Source: a virus. From it: 44,464 nt of DNA. The notes below the pieces were generated by a model, which worked only from the letters and a program-made list of their open reading frames with translations, did not search any database and was not told the DNA's origin. Position numbers and translations under genes: made by a program. The stretch lies in the UHGV virus genome UHGV-0192852; one strand, given 5' to 3'. This document shows, in pieces, positions 8,794 to 18,688 of this stretch. Position 1 is the first letter of the stretch. Each line of letters starts with the position of its first letter.

Positions 8794-9393
8794 ATGTCAC
8801 AAGGTACAATCACACTAACGAAAGGAAGTAAGACCGTCACGGGCGCGGGAACGGCGTTCTTGAGCGAGGTCGGGAAGGTACGCGTATTCGCCCGCATCGA
8901 CGGCAACGACTATACCGGCAAAATTGCGGCGTTCAACTCGAACACGGTCATTACCCTGGAAGATAACTGGGCAGGTCCGACAAAAGCCGGTGCGGCTTAT
9001 GAGTTAATCGAAGCGCACGACCCGAGGTCAAACGAATGGCCCTATTACTGGCACATGCAATTGCAGGGCGGTGGCGACGTGCAGTTAGCTTTCCGGTCGG
9101 AGGAATTGCAATTCGGTAATGGCTACGGACAGAACATCGCGGACGGCCCGAACGCCGAAACGAAACAGTTCCCCGTGCAATTCGTCGGGCTGACTACGGA
9201 CAAGTGGTGCAACCCTAAACTGGTTTACAACTTCCTTCGCGGGCACTTCGTCAAGCCGTTTGTCGTCACCGCGCCAGATGGCGAAACAGGTTTATTCGTG
9301 GTCGAGCGTTCGAGCTTGTCGTACACGGACAACGGACACCTCACGGCAACCGTATCCGCCACCCTTAAGACTGCTATTGGATTCGTAAGATGA
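8794..9393 (+). CDS. minor tail protein (lambda gpM-like position)
   Basis: ORF following tape measure; ATG 8794 chosen after the T-run (track start 8731 and ATG 8758 are alternatives); synteny. Confidence 0.55.
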   Translation: MSQGTITLTKGSKTVTGAGTAFLSEVGKVRVFARIDGNDYTGKIAAFNSNTVITLEDNWAGPTKAGAAYELIEAHDPRSNEWPYYWHMQLQGGGDVQLAFRSEELQFGNGYGQNIADGPNAETKQFPVQFVGLTTDKWCNPKLVYNFLRGHFVKPFVVTAPDGETGLFVVERSSLSYTDNGHLTATVSATLKTAIGFVR

Positions 9394-10178
9394 ATAAACT
9401 TTATCGCGAGGCGACGCGCTTTGACCCATCGGGTCGCGTTCGCCTGATTCACATTGACGCGCAGGACGTGGAACCAGGCGACGGTGCGATCGGCGCGGGC
9501 CATCACTATTTCCACTACTGCTTTATTCCGCACACTGCCGAGGATATTGCTGCCGCCGGTGGTGACGAGGATAAGCTAAAACCTAAATCAATCTTCTTCG
9601 GCGGGCAGGAGTTCGAATTTTGGCCCTTCGATTTGTCCGGCCTTAACTTCTCCACATCGACGGCGGCAGAACCGCAACTAACAATCGTCGATATTGGCGG
9701 CATAATAACCCGGCTGTCGCTGAACCACGACCAGCTACTTGGCGCGAAGGTTGAGATCATCGACACGTTCGCGAAGTTCCTTGATAACGGGTCGGATCCA
9801 GACCCGACGCAAAAACGTGTCCAGGAGTATTACATTGACTCACAGGTCGGGCGCAATCCAGGTAAGCAAATAACCTTCGCATTATCCTCACCCGCGGATA
9901 TGGAGGGGCAAGTAGTTCCACGCCGCCAGATCATGAACATGTGCGAATGGGCGTTAAATGGGAAGTACGCCAGCGGGGACGGCTGCACATGGAACCTTGC
10001 GAAGCCGGGCATCAAATACTACGACGAGCGCGGTAATGAAGTCATCGCGATGAACATGGACCGATGCGGCGGCTGTTTGTCCGACTGTTATCTCCGTTTT
10101 GGTCAAGGTCTTGCGGACCCCAAAGCCGCAGTGTTGGACTTCGGCGGCTTTCCGGGGTCCAGATTAATTAAGGGGTAG
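9390..10178 (+). CDS. minor tail protein L
   Basis: 262-aa protein with C-terminal Cys cluster (CEW...DGC...CGGC..C) as in lambda gpL; synteny M-L-K-I-J. Confidence 0.8.
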   Translation: MNKLYREATRFDPSGRVRLIHIDAQDVEPGDGAIGAGHHYFHYCFIPHTAEDIAAAGGDEDKLKPKSIFFGGQEFEFWPFDLSGLNFSTSTAAEPQLTIVDIGGIITRLSLNHDQLLGAKVEIIDTFAKFLDNGSDPDPTQKRVQEYYIDSQVGRNPGKQITFALSSPADMEGQVVPRRQIMNMCEWALNGKYASGDGCTWNLAKPGIKYYDERGNEVIAMNMDRCGGCLSDCYLRFGQGLADPKAAVLDFGGFPGSRLIKG

Positions 10179-10180
10179 TC

Positions 10181-10921
10181 ATGTTAACGAAGAAGGTTAA
10201 ACGCGATATCGCCGCACACGTTGCGGCATGTCTGCCGGAAGAAGCCTGCGGCCTGGTTGTCATGGTGGGTCGCAAGCAAGTATTTGTCCCGTGCATGAAC
10301 GTATTCGAAGACCCGACCGGCGTGCGCTCGCGCAAAGACGCGTTTACCATTAGGGATACGGCCTGGATGGATGCCGAGGATATGGGCGACGTCGTGCGCG
10401 TAGTCCACTCGCACCCAGGGCAGCGCGAGCTAACCCCGTCATTGGGCGACGTTAACGGATGCAACGGCAGCGGCGTCGTCTGGACCATCACTAACGAATA
10501 TGGCGACTTTATCGAGATAGACCCGGAAGACCCGCCGCTGGTAGGCCGCCGATTTGTTCTCGGAATTACGGATTGTTACGGCCTCGTCATGGACTGGCAC
10601 AAAAAGCAGGGAGTAAATTTGCCAGACTTCCGCGTGCCGTATAACTGGTGGGAGACAGGCGAAAATCTGTATATGGATAACTGGTACGGCGCTGGATTCA
10701 GGGAATGCGAGGAGAATACGCCGGGGGCGATGGTCATCATGCAGATTAGCGCGCCAGTGCCTAACCACGCCGGGATATTCCTTCCGGGCAACCAACTCCT
10801 ACACCATATCTACGGCAGTCTGTCGAGCGTGATACCCTTCCGGTCAGGATTTTTCCGGGACAATGTGGTTAAATGGGTACGTCATAAAGACCTACCGGGG
10901 AATATAACAGAATGGCAATGA
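10181..10921 (+). CDS. tail assembly protein K (MPN/JAMM + NlpC/P60 domains)
   Basis: EACG...HSHP JAMM-like motif N-terminally and DCYGLV...H NlpC/P60-like Cys/His C-terminally; lambda gpK architecture. Confidence 0.85.
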   Translation: MLTKKVKRDIAAHVAACLPEEACGLVVMVGRKQVFVPCMNVFEDPTGVRSRKDAFTIRDTAWMDAEDMGDVVRVVHSHPGQRELTPSLGDVNGCNGSGVVWTITNEYGDFIEIDPEDPPLVGRRFVLGITDCYGLVMDWHKKQGVNLPDFRVPYNWWETGENLYMDNWYGAGFRECEENTPGAMVIMQISAPVPNHAGIFLPGNQLLHHIYGSLSSVIPFRSGFFRDNVVKWVRHKDLPGNITEWQ

Positions 10922-11529
10922 CCACATTTAAATTATACGGCGTTTTAGGACGTCGATTCGGTAAAGTGCATAAGCTGGACTGCTTCACTCCAGGCGAGGG
11001 TATCACCGGCCTGTGCGTGAAGTTACCCGGCTTACAGGACTTTCTAATGTCGGCCCACCTGGACAATATGATGTTCAAGGTGCGCAAAGGCGACCACACG
11101 ATGACCGGCTATGATGAGCTGGGCGAGTTCCACGGCAACCGCGTAGTTACCATCGCGCCGGTTATGACGGGCGCAAAAAGAGGGTTTGGACAATTGCTGG
11201 CGGGTGTCGCGATCGTAGTGGCGTCGTTCTATACGGGCGGACTTGCTACTGCCGCTTTCGGGGCTTCGGCTGCAACCGCTGCCGCTATCGGGACGGCGAC
11301 GTTTTCGTTCGGGATGTCGATGGCGCTGGGTGGCGTTATGCAATTGCTGTCGCCACAACCGAAAGGATTGCAGACAAGGCAGGACGTGGATAACAAAGCG
11401 TCGTACGCGTTCGGCGGGCCAGTGAATACAACAGCGCAAGGCACGGCGCTTGGTGTATTATGGGGCGAGCGTGAGATCGGCGGCGCTATTATTTCAGCCG
11501 GAATAGTAACCGAGGACTTGAACGAATGA
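10912..11529 (+). CDS. tail assembly protein I
   Basis: 205-aa protein with Gly/Ala-rich hydrophobic C-terminal half, between K and J homologues. Confidence 0.75.
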   Translation: MAMTTFKLYGVLGRRFGKVHKLDCFTPGEGITGLCVKLPGLQDFLMSAHLDNMMFKVRKGDHTMTGYDELGEFHGNRVVTIAPVMTGAKRGFGQLLAGVAIVVASFYTGGLATAAFGASAATAAAIGTATFSFGMSMALGGVMQLLSPQPKGLQTRQDVDNKASYAFGGPVNTTAQGTALGVLWGEREIGGAIISAGIVTEDLNE

Positions 11530-14500
11530 CGATTATCTACGACGTCACAGGGCATAAAGGCGGCGGCGGCAAACAGCACACCCCGCAGGAGACGCCCGAT
11601 AGCCTGCATTCGCTGGCTAAAATCCGCATCTTGCTTGCGCTGGGGGAAGGGGAATTCGAAAGTATTACCAGCGCCAGCGAATTGCGGCAGCGTGTTTACT
11701 TGGATGGAACGCCGATCCAGAACGCTGACCTGTCCGAAAACTTCCCTGGCGCGCGTGTGGAGTTCCGCCCCGGCACACAGCACCAGGATGTGATCCACGG
11801 ATTTTCGGCGGTGGAAAGTGAGCAATCTGTCGGCGTAAAACTGGAAAACGGCACGCCGTGGGTGCGCCAGATTAACGATACCAGTCTGGACGCTGTTCGC
11901 ATTCGCATCGGCATTCCAGCCCTGTACACTAACGAAGATAATGGCGACCTGGTGGGCGGGCGCATCGACTATAAGATAGTTGTGTATACGGATAACGCCG
12001 ACCCGCGTGAGTTCAGATTCGCCGCCGTTGGTAAAACAATGTCGCTATATGAGCGCGACCACCGCATCGAATTACCTCCGAACGTTAACACCGGCTGGCG
12101 CGTGGAGGTGCACCGCATAACGGCAGACTCCACATCGGCGAAAGTGGTTAATGATATCCGGGTGCAGTCCATCACTGAGATTATTGACGCCCGCCTGCGT
12201 TACCCGCTAACCGCGCTGTTGTTTGTGGAGTTCGACGCCAAAGCGTTCCAGAACATCCCGCGCGTGTCCATCAAGTGCAAAGGCCGCAAAGTTCTAATAC
12301 CTAACAACTACGACCCGATTAATCATACCTATTCCGGGGACTGGGACGGCACGTTTAAACGAGCATGGACGGATAACCCTGCGTGGCACTGGTACGACAT
12401 TTGTATTACTGAGCGCTTCGGCCTAGGTCGCCGGATCAAACCACAAATGCTAAACCGATACGCGCTTTACCAGATTGCGCAGCGCTGCGATCAGCTGGTA
12501 AGTGACGGCAACGGCGGACGGGAAATCCGATTTAAGAATGATATGTACATCCAGTCGCAGACCGATGCCTGGACCGTGCTTAAGGATTTAGCCGCTATCT
12601 TTGCCGGAATGACCTGGTGGGGTAATCAGATGTTGAATATCGTCTGCGACCAGCCGGTCGCAGCGGTATCTCACACTATCACCAACGCCTCGGTTATTGA
12701 TGGTCGATTCGACTACGCGTCCGGTAGCCAGAAAACTAGGTATTCCACGTTCGCGGTAGCGTACGGCAACCCGAAGAACCACTATGAAGATGCCATCGCA
12801 ACGGGGCAGCGCGTCGAACTGGTGCGCCGTCATAAGATTAACCGTCTTGATATTACGGCGATCGGCTGTACGCGTGAATCAGACGCGCAACGCCGCGGGC
12901 ACTGGGCGCTAATCTCCAACCAGCTTGACCAGCAAGTTAGCTTTAAAGTTGGCATGGAAGGGCTGTTTTTTATCCCCGGAAGCGTAGTGGCGATCGCGGA
13001 TACTAACATTTCTGGCGGCTTCGAGACACGCGGCGGTCGCCTGTTGTCAGATCCGGGGACACGTACCGTGCTGAACACAGACAGCGAAATCACGTTCCGC
13101 CCTGGTGACAAATTCCTGGTGCGCACCGATAGTGGAAATGTGGAGACTCGCGAGATCTCCAGCGTCAACGGCAACAAGGTTACGCTAAAAACCGCACTGG
13201 ATGCCGACCCGATTCCTGAGCAGCCGTTTTGCGTCGATGGCAACGATATCCAGTTGCAGAAGTTCCGCATCACCGACCTGGAATATGACGACTCTACCAG
13301 CACTTTCTCGGTGCGCGGGATCGAGTACAACGATAGTAAATACGATGCCGTTGATAATGGCGCTCGCCTTGATCCGGGCATCTTTACGCAAGTTCCTGAC
13401 GGCGTAATGAAGGGGCCGGAGTCCGTCACCATTACCCCGTCGCAGATTTCATCACAAGGCCAGCTAATCACCAACGTGGATATTGTTTTCCCGCCGGTGA
13501 AAGATGCCGTTGTATATGAAATCCAGTGGCGACGTACCAGCCTGCAGAATATGGAAATCCAGTGGGGTAACGACTGGGTGAACATCCCCCGCACGGCATC
13601 GAACGGCGCGCACATCCCTAACGTGTTTTCCGGTAACTACCAGGCACGCGTCCGCGCGATCGGTATGGGCGAGATTTCATCACCGTGGGTGTCGTCCGCC
13701 ATCACGCCGATCGAAGGTCGTCTCGGTGGGCTTAACGCACCAATCATCACCAACGCGATTTCAGGCCTCCACCAAATTTTGTGGAAGTGGAACCATAACA
13801 ACGCCGCGACTGATATTTCATACACTGAGCTTGAAGTGCGCAAGACCGGTGAAACGGAATGGAAATTTCTTACCAATGTCCCATACCCGGGGTCAGACTA
13901 TGCGCAAACGTCGCTGGAGTTCGGGGTCTATCAGCAGTTGCGCGCCCGTGTAGCAGATAAAATAGGCAACCTGTCGGATTGGTCGGCCCCGTTTGAAGGG
14001 CAGGTAAGTGCTGAAGTTGACGAGTACATGAAGGGGCTTGATAACGAGTTCTTGACTTCCGAAGACGGCAAACACTTCCAGGAAGCAATAGACACGATCC
14101 CGCAGGGAATTTACGAGGCGATGCTCACCGACGCGCAGCAATTGTTCAACGCCCGCGCCGAGTACAAGGGTATTTATGCGGAAATCTCGGTGGCATATAA
14201 CGTGGCGGCGGACGCCCACAAGGCGGTCGCTCAACTGGAGACGTTGATCGGCACACGCCTTGACGATGCGGAAGCGGCGATCCACACGTTGCAGACGGCG
14301 CAGAGTACACAAGAGCAGGCCTTCGCCCAGTACCAGCAAACTGTTGCCGCTAAGTTCGCGGATCAGGAATCCGCCATCCAGCAGGTACAAACGGCAACGG
14401 CAGACGTAGCTGGCGCGCTGGCGGAGTACAAAACCCAGGTCGCGGCACAGTTCGGTCAGCAGTCCGCCGCTATTGAGCAGAAGATGACGTCTTCGTTTAA

Positions 14501-14945
14501 CCATGCTGGTGGTAATGCCACGTACAGCCTTAAGGCGGGCGTGACATATAACGGGACTTACTATGATGCTGGTATGCAGCTTTCCGTCGTGGCGGAAGGC
14601 GGCGCGGTTAAATCCCGCATCGCGTTCAAGGCGGACCAGTTCTATATCATGCACCCGTCAAATGGGTCGCTTTCATCCGCGTTTATTGTAGACGGAGGGG
14701 CGGTGTACATCGACACGGCACGCATCAAGGACGCGACTATCAACTTCGCGCAGATCACGGACACGCTGCAATCTAATAACTACGACGGCAGCACGCGAGG
14801 CTGGCGCTTAGGGAAAGACGGAACGTTTATCAACCTGGGCACCGGTAACGGAGGCGGGATGAAGCAGACGAATACGCAAATCAGCGTAAGGGACGGGAAC
14901 GGAGTTCTGCGCGTGCAGATTGGCGAAATCACTGGCAGTTGGTAA
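11526..14945 (+). CDS. tail tip / host specificity protein J
   Basis: 1139-aa ORF following I; size and position of lambda gpJ-type central tail fibre. Confidence 0.85.
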   Translation: MTIIYDVTGHKGGGGKQHTPQETPDSLHSLAKIRILLALGEGEFESITSASELRQRVYLDGTPIQNADLSENFPGARVEFRPGTQHQDVIHGFSAVESEQSVGVKLENGTPWVRQINDTSLDAVRIRIGIPALYTNEDNGDLVGGRIDYKIVVYTDNADPREFRFAAVGKTMSLYERDHRIELPPNVNTGWRVEVHRITADSTSAKVVNDIRVQSITEIIDARLRYPLTALLFVEFDAKAFQNIPRVSIKCKGRKVLIPNNYDPINHTYSGDWDGTFKRAWTDNPAWHWYDICITERFGLGRRIKPQMLNRYALYQIAQRCDQLVSDGNGGREIRFKNDMYIQSQTDAWTVLKDLAAIFAGMTWWGNQMLNIVCDQPVAAVSHTITNASVIDGRFDYASGSQKTRYSTFAVAYGNPKNHYEDAIATGQRVELVRRHKINRLDITAIGCTRESDAQRRGHWALISNQLDQQVSFKVGMEGLFFIPGSVVAIADTNISGGFETRGGRLLSDPGTRTVLNTDSEITFRPGDKFLVRTDSGNVETREISSVNGNKVTLKTALDADPIPEQPFCVDGNDIQLQKFRITDLEYDDSTSTFSVRGIEYNDSKYDAVDNGARLDPGIFTQVPDGVMKGPESVTITPSQISSQGQLITNVDIVFPPVKDAVVYEIQWRRTSLQNMEIQWGNDWVNIPRTASNGAHIPNVFSGNYQARVRAIGMGEISSPWVSSAITPIEGRLGGLNAPIITNAISGLHQILWKWNHNNAATDISYTELEVRKTGETEWKFLTNVPYPGSDYAQTSLEFGVYQQLRARVADKIGNLSDWSAPFEGQVSAEVDEYMKGLDNEFLTSEDGKHFQEAIDTIPQGIYEAMLTDAQQLFNARAEYKGIYAEISVAYNVAADAHKAVAQLETLIGTRLDDAEAAIHTLQTAQSTQEQAFAQYQQTVAAKFADQESAIQQVQTATADVAGALAEYKTQVAAQFGQQSAAIEQKMTSSFNHAGGNATYSLKAGVTYNGTYYDAGMQLSVVAEGGAVKSRIAFKADQFYIMHPSNGSLSSAFIVDGGAVYIDTARIKDATINFAQITDTLQSNNYDGSTRGWRLGKDGTFINLGTGNGGGMKQTNTQISVRDGNGVLRVQIGEITGSW

Positions 14946-14950
14946 CATAC

Positions 14951-14972
14951 GGGGCTTTGGCCCCTTTCTTTT
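14951..14972 (+). terminator. rho-independent terminator after J
   Basis: GGGGC-TTTG-GCCCC hairpin followed by TTTCTTTT. Confidence 0.65.
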
Positions 14973-14983
14973 GGAGGTAATGT

Positions 14984-15286
14984 ATGTCTTTCGGAGTCGA
15001 AACATGGGACGCGCAAGGGCGACCGAACAACTACGGGATCAAGCCGGTATCGGTTGCAGGAATCATTAAATTAGCAACTGGGCAAACATCGGGATCGTGG
15101 TCGTTCACTATTCCGTCTGGGATGAAAGTAGGATTCGCGGTTACGCTGGACGAGGGTGGGACAACGGTAGGCAGGGCCATCCGCGCGAGCGGAAATACAA
15201 TAACTGTGTCGGCAGCAAACAGTGTGGGTATCGGCAACTATCCCGCGTCCGCGTGCGAGGTAGTAGTTTTTGTGGAGAAAGCATAA
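14984..15286 (+). CDS. hypothetical protein (possible tail fibre-associated)
   Basis: 100-aa ORF with GGAGG RBS between J and tail fibre genes. Confidence 0.5.
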   Translation: MSFGVETWDAQGRPNNYGIKPVSVAGIIKLATGQTSGSWSFTIPSGMKVGFAVTLDEGGTTVGRAIRASGNTITVSAANSVGIGNYPASACEVVVFVEKA

Positions 15287-15288
15287 AA

Positions 15289-15960
15289 ATGGCAAACTTT
15301 GGCGCATTAATTGATAACAACAATGGCAACCCATTCGTCACGCCAAACTCAACGCCGTTCGTGCTGTACGCAAAGGCATCTGCAAATTCAGTTGACGCGG
15401 GCGCGGACTATAAAACCGCGAACGGGAGCGTGGATATCCCCGCGAACTACCCGGCGATGGTGTTCATGCGGTCAAACAACCGTTGCGTCCTGGCAGCGTC
15501 ACGATCTGGAAACAGGATAGTATTCAGCGGAAGCATCCAGGGGCGGAACAACCCGCATTTCACGGTAACAGCGTACATATTCGCAAGATTCCCTCAACCG
15601 CTGCCACGATGGGGCTTTGCAATTTGGGACGCCAGCGGGACTTGCATACTGACCAACGAGAGCAAAGTTCTCACGGATTTAGTCACAGTCGGCAGCTTCG
15701 GTAATAACGGCGGGATCAACATAGACCAGACGCTGCCGGGTAAGTACGCCGTATCGCCGATGTTAATGGGTGCTACTCTTATTCAGATATTTGTGCAAGG
15801 CCAGCCGCAGATTATTCAGATCTCTGCGGGGGCCGGCGCTTACGACAACGGGAGCGGCACGCGTATTAACGCCGTGGCGACACAGGCGGGGTCGGGTAAC
15901 GTTGCTGGGTATCAAAACACGGGGGTCGCTCTGACGGCAATTAACGTGGATGGGATATGA
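15289..15960 (+). CDS. hypothetical protein (possible tail fibre-associated)
   Basis: ATG 15289 in frame within track ORF 15097..15960, immediately after previous stop; Gly/Asn/Ala-rich. Confidence 0.5.
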   Translation: MANFGALIDNNNGNPFVTPNSTPFVLYAKASANSVDAGADYKTANGSVDIPANYPAMVFMRSNNRCVLAASRSGNRIVFSGSIQGRNNPHFTVTAYIFARFPQPLPRWGFAIWDASGTCILTNESKVLTDLVTVGSFGNNGGINIDQTLPGKYAVSPMLMGATLIQIFVQGQPQIIQISAGAGAYDNGSGTRINAVATQAGSGNVAGYQNTGVALTAINVDGI

Positions 15961-15978
15961 AAAAGCCACTTTCGTGGC

Positions 15979-16197
15979 TTATTTGCAGGTCGTCCTTTTG
16001 AAGTGGTCAACCGATACATACTGGAAGTTGAACGGGTATCCCGCCCTTAGCATTTTATGACCGCCGAAGTCGGCTACCCCAAAAACAGGGACAGAATACT
16101 CCATGCCGCTATTCACATATGTCGCGTCGCAGACCTTAGACGGCATAGTGGCACACCCTGATAGAAGGACCGCACAAATCATAATTAAAGTTTTCAT
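15979..16197 (-). CDS. small lipoprotein, candidate superinfection-exclusion protein (Cor/Llp-like)
   Basis: MKTLIMICAVLLSGC signal peptide with lipobox; CAGGAGAT RBS; divergent from and adjacent to tail fibre gene. Confidence 0.55.
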   Translation of the reverse strand: MKTLIMICAVLLSGCATMPSKVCDATYVNSGMEYSVPVFGVADFGGHKMLRAGYPFNFQYVSVDHFKRTTCK

Positions 16198-16277
16198 GGT
16201 ATCATCTCCTGTATTGGGTTGTGTTTTAGTATTACACCGCTCAATCAAGAATGCAACCAATTTAAGAGGATTTAGCT

Positions 16278-18659
16278 ATGGCAGCGGGTACTCTATCCGT
16301 AACGAATAACAGCACCGCGGTAGTCGGGACCGGCACAACGTTTACCGCGTTAAAGGCTGGCGACTTCTTATCGCTGGTAGTAGGGCAAGTCCCTTACACT
16401 GTGGCGATCGCGTCCATCGAGAGCGACACCGCGCTTACGCTGGTGCTGCCGTTCGACGGCCCCACGGCAACCGACCTCGCGTGGGACGGCGTTAAACGCG
16501 ATACCATGTCGCTGGCAACGATGGGCGTAACAGTACAGGCCCAGAAAGCGTTGCGCTTGATGATTGCAGATGAAAACAACTGGCGTGCAATCTTCGGCGA
16601 CGCTGAAGAAATCACAGTGACGTTACCTAACGGGCAGGTTATGCAGGGCATGTCATGGGGCTATCTGTCGCAGTTGATGAATCAGATCGATCCTGTAGAG
16701 ATGCGCAACCTGCAACAACAAGCCGCTGCGTCGGAGGCTGCCGCACAGGGATTTCGTAATGAAGCCGAAGGCATCAAGAATACGACAGCTGGCATTCGCG
16801 ATGCCACCGACCTGATCAAGACTGAAACACAGGCTATCCACGACGCAACCAATACCATCAAGGGCCAGACGAACCAGATCAAGACTGAAACACAGGCCAT
16901 CAAGGACCAGACGAACCAGATCAAGACTGACACTGGCGTTATGAGGGACGAGGCTAACACCGCGAAGAGTGACGCGCAAGCCGCCAGCACTGCCGCGCAG
17001 GGATTTCGCGATCAGGCCCAAGAATGGGCGCAAAGCATCAATGCGGATAACCTGCTAACCAAATCAGGCAACCTGGCAGGGCTGACCGACAAAACGCAGG
17101 CATGGCTTAATGTTCGCCCAGACGGGGCCACGCCATTGGCGGGCGACCCTGTAGGTGACTACGACGCTGCGACAAAGCGCTGGGTGCAGAACCTTATCAA
17201 CTCCGGCACGATCGGCCCAACAATGAATGGCGTGATGAACTACGGCGTCGGCGATTTCCACCTTCGCGATAGCCGCGCATACATTCAGCCGTATGAAGTA
17301 GTGTCAGACGGGCAATTGCTTAATCGCGCTGACTGGCCCGAACTATGGGCTTATGCTCAAATGCTTTCACCTATTGAAGATGCAGACTGGCTTGCGGACC
17401 CCGCAAATCGCGGTAAATATTCTCTGGGTGACGGTACAACTACGTTCCGCGTGCCAGACCGTAACGGTGTGCAATCTGGATCTATTGCTGGGCTATATGG
17501 AAGAGGCGACGGGGTAGGAAATGGAACGGCAAATTCTTTGATAAACGGGGAAGTGTTCGATTCGGGTGCTCCCAACATCATTGGTGATATTGGCGCTGTT
17601 CTGTCTTACGGAGCCAGTGGCGCATTTGCCTATGTGCGTCAAGCAGCTGACGTTTCCGGTGTGCCAGTCGGCACAGGTCTTGGGACACAGATAGTTGCGT
17701 TTGATGCCGCAAAAAGCAGTGAAGTATACGGAAGGTATGATAACGAAATCATGGGCCGTAACTTCGTCGGCGTGTGGGTGATTCGTGCATCCGGCGGCTT
17801 CGTGGCAGCAAACACGTCGTGGTCAGTAATCAACGGCGACGCCACAAAACCGCCAGCGGGCACTACGGCAGACGGCGGTCAGCTAAAATCAGAGTATAAA
17901 GTAAACGGCACGGTAGAAGGTGAGTTGTTCTGGCGTATCCGAGCGGCAATCGGGGCCGAATATTACGCACGTTTGAACGTTTATAATGCCACCGCCAACC
18001 GCACCGCCGTTTATGACTTTGATGATCTAGGCACTTTCTCGGCGAAAAACCTGCGTTCTTTGGGTCGAATTGACTCCTATGGTGGTATTACTCTCCAGAA
18101 ACAGGGATTCCCTAGCGTATACTTTAACTCGAGTAGGTATGCCTCGCCGAATACGCAGGTTGGCGCGATAACATTGATTCAGGTGACTGGGGCGGACGGA
18201 GCAGTATCTAGCGTAAACCTTATCAGGAGACGCGACGATGGTACCCAAACTGGCCAGATCGTTGTTACATTCCCAACCAGCAGCGGAATTCTCGCGCTGC
18301 AAGGTACGTCGGGCCGCGAGTATAAGAAAGATATTGCCGATGCAGACGCAAGCGAGGCTATGGACCGCATTAGCCGCCAGCGTCTTGTTAACTTCGTGTA
18401 CAAGGATGACGAGAAGGGCCGCCGGCGCTTCGGTATTATCGCCGAAGAAGCGGAGTTGATCGCGCCGCAATACGTCAAGCACATCGAGGTTCCCGTCGAG
18501 GATATCTTAGACGAAGACGGCAACAAAATCGGCGAGAAAACACGGGATAGACCGTCCGTCGACGTTAACCCGATCGTAATGGACTTAATGGGGTGTGTTC
18601 AATATCTCAATAAGCAGGTTGAGGAGTTGAAGGCCGAGATCGCGGCGCTGAAGAAATAG
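16278..18659 (+). CDS. tail fibre protein with C-terminal intramolecular chaperone (peptidase S74-like) domain
   Basis: 793-aa ORF; coiled repeats (IKTETQAI...); C-terminal SGREYKKDIADADA...RRFGIIAEEAELIAPQYV resembles self-cleaving chaperone domains of tail fibres/endosialidases. Confidence 0.75.
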   Translation: MAAGTLSVTNNSTAVVGTGTTFTALKAGDFLSLVVGQVPYTVAIASIESDTALTLVLPFDGPTATDLAWDGVKRDTMSLATMGVTVQAQKALRLMIADENNWRAIFGDAEEITVTLPNGQVMQGMSWGYLSQLMNQIDPVEMRNLQQQAAASEAAAQGFRNEAEGIKNTTAGIRDATDLIKTETQAIHDATNTIKGQTNQIKTETQAIKDQTNQIKTDTGVMRDEANTAKSDAQAASTAAQGFRDQAQEWAQSINADNLLTKSGNLAGLTDKTQAWLNVRPDGATPLAGDPVGDYDAATKRWVQNLINSGTIGPTMNGVMNYGVGDFHLRDSRAYIQPYEVVSDGQLLNRADWPELWAYAQMLSPIEDADWLADPANRGKYSLGDGTTTFRVPDRNGVQSGSIAGLYGRGDGVGNGTANSLINGEVFDSGAPNIIGDIGAVLSYGASGAFAYVRQAADVSGVPVGTGLGTQIVAFDAAKSSEVYGRYDNEIMGRNFVGVWVIRASGGFVAANTSWSVINGDATKPPAGTTADGGQLKSEYKVNGTVEGELFWRIRAAIGAEYYARLNVYNATANRTAVYDFDDLGTFSAKNLRSLGRIDSYGGITLQKQGFPSVYFNSSRYASPNTQVGAITLIQVTGADGAVSSVNLIRRRDDGTQTGQIVVTFPTSSGILALQGTSGREYKKDIADADASEAMDRISRQRLVNFVYKDDEKGRRRFGIIAEEAELIAPQYVKHIEVPVEDILDEDGNKIGEKTRDRPSVDVNPIVMDLMGCVQYLNKQVEELKAEIAALKK
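16812..16933 (+). repeat. intragenic tandem DNA repeats within tail fibre gene
   Basis: ATCAAGACTGAAACACAGGC at 16815 and 16877; CAGACGAACCAGATCAAGACTGA at 16866 and 16908. Confidence 0.7.
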
Positions 18660-18665
18660 GAATAA

Positions 18666-18688
18666 GGGGCCATACGGCCCTTTTTTTT
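18666..18688 (+). terminator. rho-independent terminator after tail fibre (convergent with minus-strand block)
   Basis: GGGGCC-ATAC-GGCCC hairpin followed by T8. Confidence 0.75.

Noticed and set aside
12830-13615. Long antisense ORFs inside large genes (e.g. 12830..13615 and 13893..14654 in J, 7700..8413 in tape measure, 25142..25678 and 26285..26875 in polymerase, 31127..31840 in primase, 19224..19946, 28942..29460)
   Set aside because: They lie entirely within well-supported genes on the opposite strand, lack RBSs, and have low-complexity Arg/Ser/Ala-rich composition typical of shadow ORFs.
15097-15288. Upstream extension of ORF 15097..15960 (287 aa)
   Set aside because: The extension overlaps gene 14984..15286 in another frame; the internal ATG at 15289, immediately after that gene's stop, is the more plausible start.
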